A DNA stretch of 39,018 nt from an uncultured Bacteroidales bacterium (GTDB lineage: Bacteria; Bacteroidota; Bacteroidia; Bacteroidales; UBA12077). The notes beneath the pieces were generated by a model. The model had not been told where the DNA came from. It saw nothing but the letters and a program-made list of their open reading frames with translations, and made no database searches. This document shows positions 1-9,248 of this stretch, piece after piece. The translations under genes were made by a program, and so were the position numbers. The DNA is taken from contig CAZWPU010000002.1 of NCBI GenBank assembly GCA_964635605.1, positions 1-39,018 on the forward strand. Direction: 5' to 3'. Positions within the stretch are counted from its first letter, which is position 1; the number at the start of each line of letters is the position of its first letter.

Positions 1-60
1 AGTAATTCCTGTTAGCAGGATAAACACCACTGTTTTAATAAAAATATTTTTTGATCTCAT
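1..60 (-). CDS. 5' end of a hypothetical exported/membrane protein; continues beyond the left window edge
   Basis: The reverse complement of 1-60 reads ATG then MRSKNIFIKTVVFILLTGIT. This has a basic N-terminus followed by a hydrophobic stretch, like a signal peptide or TM segment. Only 20 codons are visible, so no product call is possible. Confidence 0.35.
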   Translation of the reverse strand, partial: MRSKNIFIKTVVFILLTGIT

Positions 61-175
61 CTGTTTTTCCTCTTTTTCTTTATCCAGAAAGCAAATTTAA
101 AGAATTAATGATGCGAAATAAGCATATAGGATAAATATTAACAATTTTTAACGCAAAATAGCCTTTGGCAATAGA

Positions 176-577
176 TTATTCATTAGCACTACTTCTGAGC
201 TGTTTAACCATTTTATGTAAAGCCTTTAATAATTCTTTTTCCATTTCTGCGTAATTTAAGTCTTCGGTTGAGTTATAAATAACCATAAAATAAATACTTT
301 GTTTAAACTCATTTAACGAATTATATATTAGAACCTTATTTTTACGATATATCTCTTTTATTTTTCGTTTTATACGATTTCTTTCCACGGCTTTTTTAAT
401 CTTGCGCTTACTAACACTTATCCCAATTTGTGCACATAATTCAGGATTGAATTGTTTCTCAAATTGCCAGATAATTCGGAAGGGGAAATGATTAAACTGA
501 TTACCTTTTTCAAACAATTGCTGGATTTTATTTTGGCTTTTTAATCTTTCCTTTTTGGAAAATTTCGGGGTTGTCAT
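176..577 (-). CDS. rnpA: Ribonuclease P protein component
   Basis: 133-aa, very K/R-rich small ORF. The N-terminal KKERLK...F..G...FPFRI region and the RNRIKRKIKE stretch are typical of RnpA. Called by family resemblance. Confidence 0.85.
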   Translation of the reverse strand: MTTPKFSKKERLKSQNKIQQLFEKGNQFNHFPFRIIWQFEKQFNPELCAQIGISVSKRKIKKAVERNRIKRKIKEIYRKNKVLIYNSLNEFKQSIYFMVIYNSTEDLNYAEMEKELLKALHKMVKQLRSSANE

Positions 578-635
578 GTATTATCAAATCATTTTTTTTC
601 AAATATAAAGAAATTCAGATTGTTATTAAAACCAT

Positions 636-662
636 AAAAAAGAGGCTTTGGGGAAAGCCTCT
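636..662 (-). terminator. Rho-independent terminator downstream of the hemD-like gene (bidirectional shape)
   Basis: Perfect 9-bp stem AGAGGCTTT (641-649) / AAAGCCTCT (654-662) with a GGGG loop. It is flanked by an A-run (636-640, which is a U-run on the minus strand) and a T-run (663-666). Confidence 0.65.
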
Positions 663-697
663 TTTTATTAATTGGATTATGATCGAAATAATTAATT

Positions 698-1441
698 TTA
701 CTTTTTTTGGTTATTAATAAACTGATCGATAGCCATTGTCATGGATGGGGCGTCTTGTGTTGGTGCTTTTACATTAACTTTTAATCCTGCATCCTTAACC
801 GCTTTGGCTGTTTTAGGCCCAAATGTAGCAATCTGCGTATTGTTTTGTTCAAAATCAGGAAAATTTTCGAGCAACGATTTAATCCCCGACGGGCTGTAAA
901 ATACCAACATATCATAATTAACATCCGATAAATCGGATAAATCAGCACTTACAGTACAATACATGATTGATTTAGTATATTTAATACGGGCTTGTTCTAA
1001 TTTTTTAGGAATTTCCTCTTTATGGGTGTCAGATAAAGGCACTAAAAACTTTTCTTCTTTATGTTTTTTTATATTCCCCATCAAATCACCAAATTTTCCA
1101 TCTCCATAAAAAATCTTTCTTTTACGGTAAACAATATATTTTTGTAAATACAAAGCGGTTGCTTCAGAAATACAAAAATATTTCATGGTGTCCGGAATAG
1201 ACAATCGCATCTCTTCACTGATCCTAAAAAAATGATCTATCGCCGTTCGGCTGGTAAAAATCACCCCCGTATGTGCAAGAATATCAATCCTCGACTGTCT
1301 GAACTCCTTCGCACTAATCCCTTCTACTTTTATAAATGGCCTAAAATCAATTTTAAGATTATTTTTTTCGGCAAGTTCGGAATAAGGGGACTTATCATTT
1401 TTCGGCTCCGGCTGCGATACTAAAATAGTTTTTATTTTCAT
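698..1441 (-). CDS. hemD: Uroporphyrinogen-III synthase (HemD)-family protein
   Basis: 247-aa ORF. Start MKIKTILVSQPEP..., then ...VIFTSRTAIDHFF... and ...LVFYSPSGIKSL..., showing the duplicated HEM4-like half-domains. Sits next to a DUF4271-type membrane protein, as in other Bacteroidota. Confidence 0.75.
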   Translation of the reverse strand: MKIKTILVSQPEPKNDKSPYSELAEKNNLKIDFRPFIKVEGISAKEFRQSRIDILAHTGVIFTSRTAIDHFFRISEEMRLSIPDTMKYFCISEATALYLQKYIVYRKRKIFYGDGKFGDLMGNIKKHKEEKFLVPLSDTHKEEIPKKLEQARIKYTKSIMYCTVSADLSDLSDVNYDMLVFYSPSGIKSLLENFPDFEQNNTQIATFGPKTAKAVKDAGLKVNVKAPTQDAPSMTMAIDQFINNQKK

Positions 1442-1485
1442 GTATTCTAATTTGAATTTGTTGGTTTACAAAACTTGCAAACGCC

Positions 1486-2676
1486 TTAACTAATAAGCGT
1501 TAAAAACATTTTGTAAAGAATCAAAAAAGGCGCAAATTCGAAAGCACAAAGATACAAAATCATATAAAATATTGAAACATTCTTTCGATTTATTATTTGA
1601 AATGACCTTATTAATTGCAAAAGATAAAAAACAAAAAATAGCCCAAACCCTATGTAAACGATAAGATTAAGATAATCGTACGTTAAAAACTGGAGTGCAA
1701 TCACCACAGGAAATAAAAACAATCCCATGTTTTTAGTATATAAATGTACATGATGAAAATATTCGGAAAACACCTGTTGTTTTAAAAATACAAACCCTAT
1801 AAAGCCAGTTGTTATGCCTCGAAAGATATATAACCCTGTTAAAAAGGCAGCAACCATGATATATAATTCATACTCCGGCATATCAACCCATTGTAATTGA
1901 AATATTTTCGATAACTGAACAACGAATAACGAAATATTACTAACAAACAGTAAATTTCCAACAAATGAGGCTCTTTGCATCAGCGAATTTTTATCCCTGT
2001 AAAGCGAATAGGCTTCCTTGTAACTGATTGTAGACTTCAATAATGACAGAAGATATTTTTTATGAAATAATCGCAGCCATCCAAACAAAACAAAACTTAC
2101 CATAAGCAATATCGTAATCCAATCAAATTGTACTTTTATTGCTGTTGGAGAAGGCTTTACATCCTTTTTGTCATTAGTTTCTGTATAGGTTTTTATTTCG
2201 GTAGTTTTTATTGGTGATTCTTCAATAAAAACAAATTTTTTTTCTTTGTCTTGTTTTGGTTTTGTCGATTTAAAATTAAGAAAAATGTTCTGATAAAAAG
2301 GATCGTTTTCTAACCGTTCTCTTACCGGAAAGTTAGCTACTCCGAACTCGCGATAAAGAATCTTAGCTGTATCTGTTTTCGGTTTATATATTTTCTTTTG
2401 CTGGAATTCTATTGCTTCTTGCCTTTGCTGCTCAATTTGCAGGATACGCTCTTCACTTATCCTCAAGATTGAATCAATTTTTTGCTGGTTTAAATCTGTT
2501 TTTGAATTGCTTGTGGTATCTTTTTGTTTTATGGTGTCTATTTCAGACACTTCGTGGATTAACGTATCGCCAGACCTGCTTTTTTTATTAATTATAATAT
2601 CTGAAATGAAAAAAAATTCATTTTCAGCAGAAAAAAAATTAATAATTTGTTTTTCTTCAGGCATAGTGTAATACAT
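1486..2676 (-). CDS. DUF4271-like multi-pass membrane protein
   Basis: 396-aa ORF. The N-terminal ~190 aa are charged, Q/K/E-rich and soluble. About six hydrophobic helices follow (WITILLMVSFVLFGWL..., LLFVSNISLFVV..., IMVAAFLTGLYIF...). The DUF4271 call is by resemblance and by context next to hemD. Confidence 0.55.
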   Translation of the reverse strand: MYYTMPEEKQIINFFSAENEFFFISDIIINKKSRSGDTLIHEVSEIDTIKQKDTTSNSKTDLNQQKIDSILRISEERILQIEQQRQEAIEFQQKKIYKPKTDTAKILYREFGVANFPVRERLENDPFYQNIFLNFKSTKPKQDKEKKFVFIEESPIKTTEIKTYTETNDKKDVKPSPTAIKVQFDWITILLMVSFVLFGWLRLFHKKYLLSLLKSTISYKEAYSLYRDKNSLMQRASFVGNLLFVSNISLFVVQLSKIFQLQWVDMPEYELYIMVAAFLTGLYIFRGITTGFIGFVFLKQQVFSEYFHHVHLYTKNMGLFLFPVVIALQFLTYDYLNLIVYIGFGLFFVFYLLQLIRSFQIINRKNVSIFYMILYLCAFEFAPFLILYKMFLTLIS

Positions 2677-2875
2677 TATAGCAAATCAGCTGCAAAGATA
2701 AAAGGAATTCATAACACCGGCTTAAAAAACACAAAAAAAAATTTCATTACCCGGCATGAGCATCTTTCGAAAAAAAGAGTACCACAGCGAGTCACAATAT
2801 TTTTAACAAAAACCGCCAAAGATAGTAAAAATAGATTTATCAATTGAATGAATTTCAAACACCTACATAAAAAAA

Positions 2876-4681
2876 TCATTGATAAAAATATTCAAACAGG
2901 AGTCTTGCTTTTGCATTTCCTATTTCGCTAGAAATCTCATCCATGCTTGCTGAGCGTAATTTTTTAATGGTTTTAAACTTTTTAAGCAACTGTTCTATCG
3001 TTTTGGGCCCAATACCCGGGATATTTTCTAATTCGCTTTTAATAAAATTGCCCGACCGTTTGTTGCGATGGAATTTAATGCCAAATCGGTGAGCTTCATT
3101 CCTAATATGCTGAATCACTTTTAACGTTTCCGAATTTTTATCCAGATACAGAGGTATGGGATCACCAGGAAAAAAAATCTCTTCGAGCCTTTTGGCTATA
3201 CCTATTATGGAAATGTTCTTTTCAAGCTTTAGCTTTTTTAAGCTTTTTACGGCCGCATTCAGTTGTCCTTTTCCACCATCAATTACAATAAGCTGTGGCA
3301 AACTCTTCTTTTCATCCACCAATCTTTTGTATCGTCGATAAACGACTTCCTCCATTGATGCAAAATCATTAGCACCCTGAACGGTCTTAATATTGTAATG
3401 TCGGTAATCTTTCGTACTGGGTTTAGCATTTTTAAAAACAACACAAGCAGCCACTGGATTGGAACCCTGAATATTTGAATTATCAAAACACTCTATCTGC
3501 GTAGGTAAATCCGGCAAATTTAAATCCTGCTTAATCTTTTGTACCAACCGTTTACCGGAATGCTTTTCTTTTTTCTTTTCCGATTTTTTTTGTTTTTCAA
3601 GCCTATAGTATTTTAAATTTCTTTGGGAAAGCTCAAGCAATGCTTTTTTATCACCGCGTTGAGGTACCGAAAATTTTACATTTTCTAATGGCAAATCTAT
3701 GGGAAAAGGAATAACTATTTCCTTCGCATCACTGCTTAAACGCTTTTTTAGCTCTACTATAGCCATTGTTAACAAATCATCAGCCTTTTCGTCAAGCTTT
3801 TTCTTGAATTCCCCGGTATGTGCTTGCACTATACGCCCTTCAACCACTTTTAAAAAATTAACATACGCCGTGCTTTTATCATCCAGAATTGAAAAAACAT
3901 CTACATTATTTAGCGAAGGGCTAACAATCGTAGATTTGCTTTTGTACTTTTCCAGTATTTCAATCTTTTCTTTAATTAACTGCGCTTCTTCATATTTATA
4001 ATCAGCAGCATATTTGTTCATTAAATCATTTAAATAAGAAATAACCTGATGGATATTCCCTTTTAAAATTTGTTTAATATTTTCAATGGATTGATTGTAA
4101 TCTTCTTCGGATTGTAAACCGATACATGGTGCTTTACAGTTTCCAAGATGGTACTCAAGGCATGGTTTATAATCATTTTTCAAAATCTTTTCGGGTGATA
4201 AATTGAGATTGCAATTTCGGAGCGGGTAAATTTGCCTAATTAAATCAAGCAAAACTTTAACCATATAGGTAGAAGTATATGGCCCAAAATAAATTGACCC
4301 GTCATGAATAATATTACGGGTATAAAAAACACGTGGGAAATTTTCATTTTTAATACAAATCCACGGAAACGATTTGTCGTCTTTAAGCATGGCATTGTAG
4401 CGGGGCCTATATTTTTTTATCAGGTTATTTTCGAGCAACAAAGCATCCGACTCTGTTTCTACAACGATATACTCAATTTTGTCAATTTTACTAACCAGGA
4501 CACCTATTTTATTATTTTCAAAATGTTCTTTTGAAAAATATGAAGAAACCCGCTTTTTTATGTTTTTTGCTTTTCCTACATAAATAATCTCACCGTCTTG
4601 ATTAAAAAATTGGTAAACACCCGGACTATCAGGTAGTACAGGAAGAATTGGCTTAAATTTATCTTTTTGTTTTTTCAGCAT
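2876..4681 (-). CDS. uvrC: Excinuclease ABC subunit C
   Basis: 601 aa. N-terminal GIY-YIG (PGVYQF...GEIIYVGKAKNIKKRVSSYF), UVR domain, RNase H-like endonuclease region and a C-terminal (HhH)2 (IPGIGPKTIEQLLKKF). Confidence 0.95.
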   Translation of the reverse strand: MLKKQKDKFKPILPVLPDSPGVYQFFNQDGEIIYVGKAKNIKKRVSSYFSKEHFENNKIGVLVSKIDKIEYIVVETESDALLLENNLIKKYRPRYNAMLKDDKSFPWICIKNENFPRVFYTRNIIHDGSIYFGPYTSTYMVKVLLDLIRQIYPLRNCNLNLSPEKILKNDYKPCLEYHLGNCKAPCIGLQSEEDYNQSIENIKQILKGNIHQVISYLNDLMNKYAADYKYEEAQLIKEKIEILEKYKSKSTIVSPSLNNVDVFSILDDKSTAYVNFLKVVEGRIVQAHTGEFKKKLDEKADDLLTMAIVELKKRLSSDAKEIVIPFPIDLPLENVKFSVPQRGDKKALLELSQRNLKYYRLEKQKKSEKKKEKHSGKRLVQKIKQDLNLPDLPTQIECFDNSNIQGSNPVAACVVFKNAKPSTKDYRHYNIKTVQGANDFASMEEVVYRRYKRLVDEKKSLPQLIVIDGGKGQLNAAVKSLKKLKLEKNISIIGIAKRLEEIFFPGDPIPLYLDKNSETLKVIQHIRNEAHRFGIKFHRNKRSGNFIKSELENIPGIGPKTIEQLLKKFKTIKKLRSASMDEISSEIGNAKARLLFEYFYQ

Positions 4682-4684
4682 TAT

Positions 4685-6319
4685 TTAAGCATTAAATAAT
4701 GATGTGAATTCAAATTTCGATACATCAAACAATCCTTTATCACCAATCTTCAACTCAGGAATAACCAAAAGCGCCATAAAAGCCATGGTCATAAATGGAG
4801 CATTCAATTTCGAACCAAAAGCCTTCGCTTTTTGGCTTACTTTATCATATTTTTTGGCTACTTGTTCCGCTTCTTCTCTCGACATTAATCCAGCCACATC
4901 CAATGCAAGCATTTCAATATCGTTATTATCACAAGCCACAATTCCTCCTTTGGTATCAATAATTGTATTTATTGCATTTACAATATCATCATCATTGGTG
5001 CCAATGGCTATAATATTATGACTGTCGTGTGCAATGCTTCCTGCAATTGCGCCTTTTTTAAGATTAAAATTTTTAATCAAACCCACAACGGGTTCTACAG
5101 GAGTGTATCGGTTTACTACTACAATTTTTAAAATATCATTATCCACATCGGCAACAATCTTTTGATTTTCGATATTGGCTTTCACCACTTCTTTTCCGGT
5201 AAACAAATCCCCATCTTTAGCAACAATTACATTTACTTTTTCCCCCTTAGCCTTTATAGCAATATCATTGATATTGATTTTTTGTACATTAAAATGGTTC
5301 ACTGTTTTTTCTTTAACTAAAGGAAATTGTGGCTTGCCATTATCAAACACTACACTCCCGTCAATATACGTTTTTTCCACATTAAAATGAACAATGTCCG
5401 ATGTTACAATAAAATCAGCCGGGTCGCCAGTCTGCAACAAGCCAACATTTAACCCATAATGTTTTACCGGATTCACCATTGCTGCACACAAAACATCAAA
5501 AAGATTGCCACCATTTGCAATTGCTCGGGCAACGATTTTGTTGATATGTCCTTTAATTAAATCGTCGGGATGGCAGTCGTCGGTACAAAACATTATTCGT
5601 TCAGGATAAGAATGGATAAGCGGAAAAAGATTGGTAAAATTTTTAGCTGCGCTACCTTCTCGAATCTGAATTTTCATCCCCTGTTTTATTTTTTCTTCCG
5701 CCTCATCCAATGTCGAACATTCATGATCTGTAGAAATTTTTTGTGCTGAATATTTTCTTAGCCCCACGCCACTTAATCCGGGAGCATGTCCATCAACAGG
5801 TTTTCCTGCTTGATGTGCAAATTTAATTTTTTGGAGCACCGCCACATCATCATTAATTACCCCGGGGAAATTCATCATTTCAGCTAAAAAGTAAATGTCT
5901 TCATTCTCCAGAAGCTGTTTCGTTTTCTGAGAATCGATTATCGCTCCAGAGGATTCAAAAGGAGTAGCCGGAACACAAGATGGTGCTCCAAAATAAAATT
6001 TAAAAGGGACCTTTTTGCCGTTTTGAATCATAAAACAAATACCTTCAACACCCATAACATTTGCTATCTCATGAGGATCCGAAACGGTAGCTACAGTACC
6101 ATGCGCAACCGCGATCCGTGCAAAATTAGAAGGAATAAGCATGGAACTTTCGATGTGGACATGCGAATCAATAAATCCGGGAAGAATATATTTCTCATAT
6201 TCTTTCTCAGATTCCTTGATTTTTTCGATTTTGCCATCACAAACAAAAACGTCGGCATTAAAAATTTTTCGTCGAAATAAATCAACCACCTTACCTGATA
6301 CAACAGACCTTTTTTCCAT
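4685..6319 (-). CDS. ade: Adenine deaminase
   Basis: 544 aa. Amidohydrolase metal motif PGFIDSHVHIESSM, DGHAPG and the length and architecture of adenine deaminase. The stop lies 3 nt from the uvrC start. Confidence 0.88.
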   Translation of the reverse strand: MEKRSVVSGKVVDLFRRKIFNADVFVCDGKIEKIKESEKEYEKYILPGFIDSHVHIESSMLIPSNFARIAVAHGTVATVSDPHEIANVMGVEGICFMIQNGKKVPFKFYFGAPSCVPATPFESSGAIIDSQKTKQLLENEDIYFLAEMMNFPGVINDDVAVLQKIKFAHQAGKPVDGHAPGLSGVGLRKYSAQKISTDHECSTLDEAEEKIKQGMKIQIREGSAAKNFTNLFPLIHSYPERIMFCTDDCHPDDLIKGHINKIVARAIANGGNLFDVLCAAMVNPVKHYGLNVGLLQTGDPADFIVTSDIVHFNVEKTYIDGSVVFDNGKPQFPLVKEKTVNHFNVQKININDIAIKAKGEKVNVIVAKDGDLFTGKEVVKANIENQKIVADVDNDILKIVVVNRYTPVEPVVGLIKNFNLKKGAIAGSIAHDSHNIIAIGTNDDDIVNAINTIIDTKGGIVACDNNDIEMLALDVAGLMSREEAEQVAKKYDKVSQKAKAFGSKLNAPFMTMAFMALLVIPELKIGDKGLFDVSKFEFTSLFNA

Positions 6320-6332
6320 ATTATTATTGTTT

Positions 6333-6383
6333 TTGTTCCACGTGGAACAATATCAAAAACAGATCACCAGTTCCACGTGGAAC
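6333..6383. repeat. Two copies of the perfect palindrome GTTCCACGTGGAAC (copy 1 extends to 18 bp: TTGTTCCACGTGGAACAA)
   Basis: Read directly: 6335-6348 (palindromic over 6333-6350) and 6370-6383, with centres 35 bp apart. They fill the 65-bp gap between the mnmG stop (6385) and the ade start (6319). Function unknown: operator pair and/or a 14-bp inter-copy stem. Confidence 0.6.
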
Positions 6384-6384
6384 A

Positions 6385-8259
6385 CTAACGACCCATATAA
6401 ACCAAAAGAACACTCACATCGGAGGGAGAAACACCACTTATTCGGGCTGCCTGCCCGATACTTTTGGGCTGTATCCTCTTAAGTTTTTGTCGAGCCTCGG
6501 TTGATAAGGATAGAATTTTCTCATAATCAAATGTGGCGGGAATCTTAATGTGTTCTAAGCGTTTGAGCTTGTCAGCCATTTGTTGTTCCCGTTCGATGTA
6601 TCCTGAATATTTTATTAAAACCTCGACTGACTCAATAACTTCCTCTTTCCTATTAGCAATTTGTTCTATCTTTTGATTTAATTTATTTATATGTTTCTTA
6701 AGTTGTACGATCGACACTTCTGGGCGTAGTAGAACATTAATTAATTTTCTTTTTTGTTTTAAAGGAGAACTGTTAATTTGTTGTAATAAAGGATTGATCT
6801 CCTCGGGAGAAACACTATAATTTTTGATAAATTCAATCAAATCGTCACGATATTTTATTTTCTCTTTAAGCAAATCAAAACGATACGAAGGGACAAGTCC
6901 TAATCTATATCCTAATTCGGTGAGACGTATATCGGCATTATCCTGTCGTAACAAAATGCGGTACTCTGCTCGTGAAGTAAACATCCTGTATGGTTCATCC
7001 ACTCCTTTTGTTATTAAGTCGTCGATTAATACACCAATATATGCCTGATCACGATTTAAAATAAATTCTGGTTGTTTATTCATTTTTAACACCGCATTTA
7101 TTCCAGCCATCATTCCCTGAGCAGCGGCCTCTTCGTAACCGGTTGTTCCATTGATCTGACCAGCAAAGTAAAGGTTTTCTATATTTTTTGTTTCTAATGT
7201 ATGATTTAACTGGGTAGGTGGATAATAATCGTATTCAATAGCATATCCTGGTCGATAAATTTTGACATTTTCTAATCCAGGTATTTGTTTTAGTGCTTTT
7301 AGTTGTACGTTTAAGGGCAAGGAGGAAGAAAAACCATTGATATAATATTCGTTGGTGTCATACCCTTCGGGTTCTAAAAAAAGCTGGTGTTTATCCTTAT
7401 CAGCAAAAGTTACGATTTTGTCTTCTATGCTAGGACAATATCGTGGTCCAACACCTTCTATTGTTCCATTGTAAAGCGGAGATTCTTCGAATCCGGTTTC
7501 TAAAATGTTGTGAACTCCAGGGTGTGTAAATGTAATGTAGCAGCTTTTTGTGTTTTTAGGCTTTTGCTCATGTGGTAAAAAAGAGAATTGACCTCCTTCT
7601 TCATCACCCTTTTGTTCTTGTAGCTTATAAAAATCTATAGTTCTCCCATCTAATCGTGCTGGTGTACCTGTTTTCATTCTTCCTACTTCGAAACCATATT
7701 TCTCTAGCTGTTCAGAGATACCTTTCGAGGGAGCTTCTCCTGCCCTGCCTCCTTCTGCAGTCATCCTTCCAACGTACATCAAACCATTTAAAAAAGTTCC
7801 ATTAGTAAGAATTACAGACTTGGCATTAAATTGTACGCCAAGTTTTGTTTTAACCCCTTTTACGGTTCCTTCTTTAATAACAAGCTCAGTTACCAAGTCC
7901 TGCCATAAATCAAGATGTTCGATTTGTTCTAAAATTTTTCTCCACTCCATCGTAAAGAACATGCGATCACATTGTGCTCTAGGACTCCACATAGCGGGCC
8001 CCTTGGAACGGTTAAGCATACGAAACTGAATCATGCTTTTATCCGTGACAATGGCGGAATAACCACCCAGTGCATCAATTTCACGTATTATTTGTCCTTT
8101 TGCAATACCTCCCATGGCCGGATTACAGGACATTTGCGCAAACTTGGTCATATCCATTGTAATTAATAATGTTTCTGCACCTAAGTTTGCTGCTGCAGCT
8201 GCTGCTTCGCATCCTGCATGTCCTCCACCAACAACTATTACATCATAAGCTGGCATCAT
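6385..8259 (-). CDS. mnmG: tRNA uridine 5-carboxymethylaminomethyl modification enzyme MnmG (GidA)
   Basis: 624 aa. FAD fold [16 protein letters not shown], ...[14 protein letters not shown]..., and the conserved C-terminal GidA-associated domain. Confidence 0.95.
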   Translation of the reverse strand: MMPAYDVIVVGGGHAGCEAAAAAANLGAETLLITMDMTKFAQMSCNPAMGGIAKGQIIREIDALGGYSAIVTDKSMIQFRMLNRSKGPAMWSPRAQCDRMFFTMEWRKILEQIEHLDLWQDLVTELVIKEGTVKGVKTKLGVQFNAKSVILTNGTFLNGLMYVGRMTAEGGRAGEAPSKGISEQLEKYGFEVGRMKTGTPARLDGRTIDFYKLQEQKGDEEGGQFSFLPHEQKPKNTKSCYITFTHPGVHNILETGFEESPLYNGTIEGVGPRYCPSIEDKIVTFADKDKHQLFLEPEGYDTNEYYINGFSSSLPLNVQLKALKQIPGLENVKIYRPGYAIEYDYYPPTQLNHTLETKNIENLYFAGQINGTTGYEEAAAQGMMAGINAVLKMNKQPEFILNRDQAYIGVLIDDLITKGVDEPYRMFTSRAEYRILLRQDNADIRLTELGYRLGLVPSYRFDLLKEKIKYRDDLIEFIKNYSVSPEEINPLLQQINSSPLKQKRKLINVLLRPEVSIVQLKKHINKLNQKIEQIANRKEEVIESVEVLIKYSGYIEREQQMADKLKRLEHIKIPATFDYEKILSLSTEARQKLKRIQPKSIGQAARISGVSPSDVSVLLVYMGR

Positions 8260-8291
8260 AATATCTTATCCTAATTAAAATTTGCGGAAAA

Positions 8292-8717
8292 TTATAAAAG
8301 ATTTCTCAATCTATCTAAATATTCATTTTCTTTTTTGCGCATTTCTGATTTTTGCTCTTCTGTTTGATCATCATAGCCAATAAGATGCATAATACCATGA
8401 ATCATTACCCGGCTAAGTTCCTCTTCAAAAGAAACACCAAATCGTAAGGAGTTGTTTTTAACCGTTTCTAAACTGATGAAAATGTCGCCATTAACAATGT
8501 TTCCCTGCACATCATTAAAAGTAATTATATCGGTAAAGTAATTATGAGAAAGGTACTGTTTGTTAAGGTTTAAAAGATACTTATCTGAAGTAAAAATAAA
8601 ATTAATTTCCCCTGGAACATAATTTTCATTTTTTATGGCATTTATAATCCAACTTTTTATGTAGTTTTTATTGGGGAGAGTGAAATCAATATCTTCATTA
8701 AAAAAATGCAGTTCCAT
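8292..8717 (-). CDS. ybeY: rRNA maturation RNase YbeY
   Basis: 141 aa with the zinc motif HGIMHLIGYDD (H-x3-H-x5-H type). Confidence 0.9.
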   Translation of the reverse strand: MELHFFNEDIDFTLPNKNYIKSWIINAIKNENYVPGEINFIFTSDKYLLNLNKQYLSHNYFTDIITFNDVQGNIVNGDIFISLETVKNNSLRFGVSFEEELSRVMIHGIMHLIGYDDQTEEQKSEMRKKENEYLDRLRNLL

Positions 8718-8718
8718 G

Positions 8719-9183
8719 TTATGTTAAATCAAACTGAATCTCAACTTTTTGGCCATTGTTGTGGAAAAAAACATTATCTGCTAGATGACGCATCAGATAA
8801 ACACCACGTCCATGAATATTTTCTATATTTTCTGGAATAGTTGGATCGGGAACTTTCTGATAATTAAATCCGGGGCCTTCGTCTTGAATAAAAATGCAAA
8901 TTTTATCTTCATCAATATTAAATGTAACGGTAACTTTCTTGGTTTCATCTTCTTTATTACCGTGAACTATAGAATTATTAACAGCCTCAACGGTTGCAAT
9001 CAGCATTTTTCCATACACTTCTGAATTAATTTTAGCTTCTTCGGAAACCTCATCAACTAGCTTTTCGATAAGATTTATATTTTCAATTTTAGATTGAATA
9101 GAAATGCTTCTTTCCATTTTTACATTCGTTGTTAGCACATCATATTTAATTAATAAATGACTCAATTTGTTTTGTATACTCAA
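8719..9183 (-). CDS. RsbW/SpoIIAB-like anti-sigma-factor serine kinase (HATPase_c_2) family protein
   Basis: 154 aa. N-box-like EAVNNSIVHGN, G1 box QDEGPGF and G2-like HGRGVYLM. Its stop is 1 nt from the ybeY start. Confidence 0.65.
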   Translation of the reverse strand: MSIQNKLSHLLIKYDVLTTNVKMERSISIQSKIENINLIEKLVDEVSEEAKINSEVYGKMLIATVEAVNNSIVHGNKEDETKKVTVTFNIDEDKICIFIQDEGPGFNYQKVPDPTIPENIENIHGRGVYLMRHLADNVFFHNNGQKVEIQFDLT

Positions 9184-9248
9184 TTATCATTAATAAGTTT
9201 CGTTTTTATAAATAAACTTTAACAAAAATTTAAAATATTAATCAGATT

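Noticed and set aside
4330-4335. Additional CACGTG cores (4330-4335 in uvrC, 30950-30955 in hemW) and a GTTCCAC half-site (22129-22135) as further copies of the palindrome
   Set aside because: Only the 6-7-nt core or half-site matches and the flanks diverge. That number of hits is close to chance expectation for this composition.
6141-6482. 113-aa plus-strand ORF spanning the ade start, the palindromes and the mnmG 3' end. The track also lists many other 60-105-aa ORFs, e.g. 1232-1423, 3699-4001, 4704-5021, 18025-18312, 21988-22254, 31046-31333 and 33686-33976.
   Set aside because: All lie antisense to, or out of frame within, long and well-supported genes. They have low-complexity, AT-codon-driven compositions (F/I/K/L/N/S-rich) and show no recognisable motifs.
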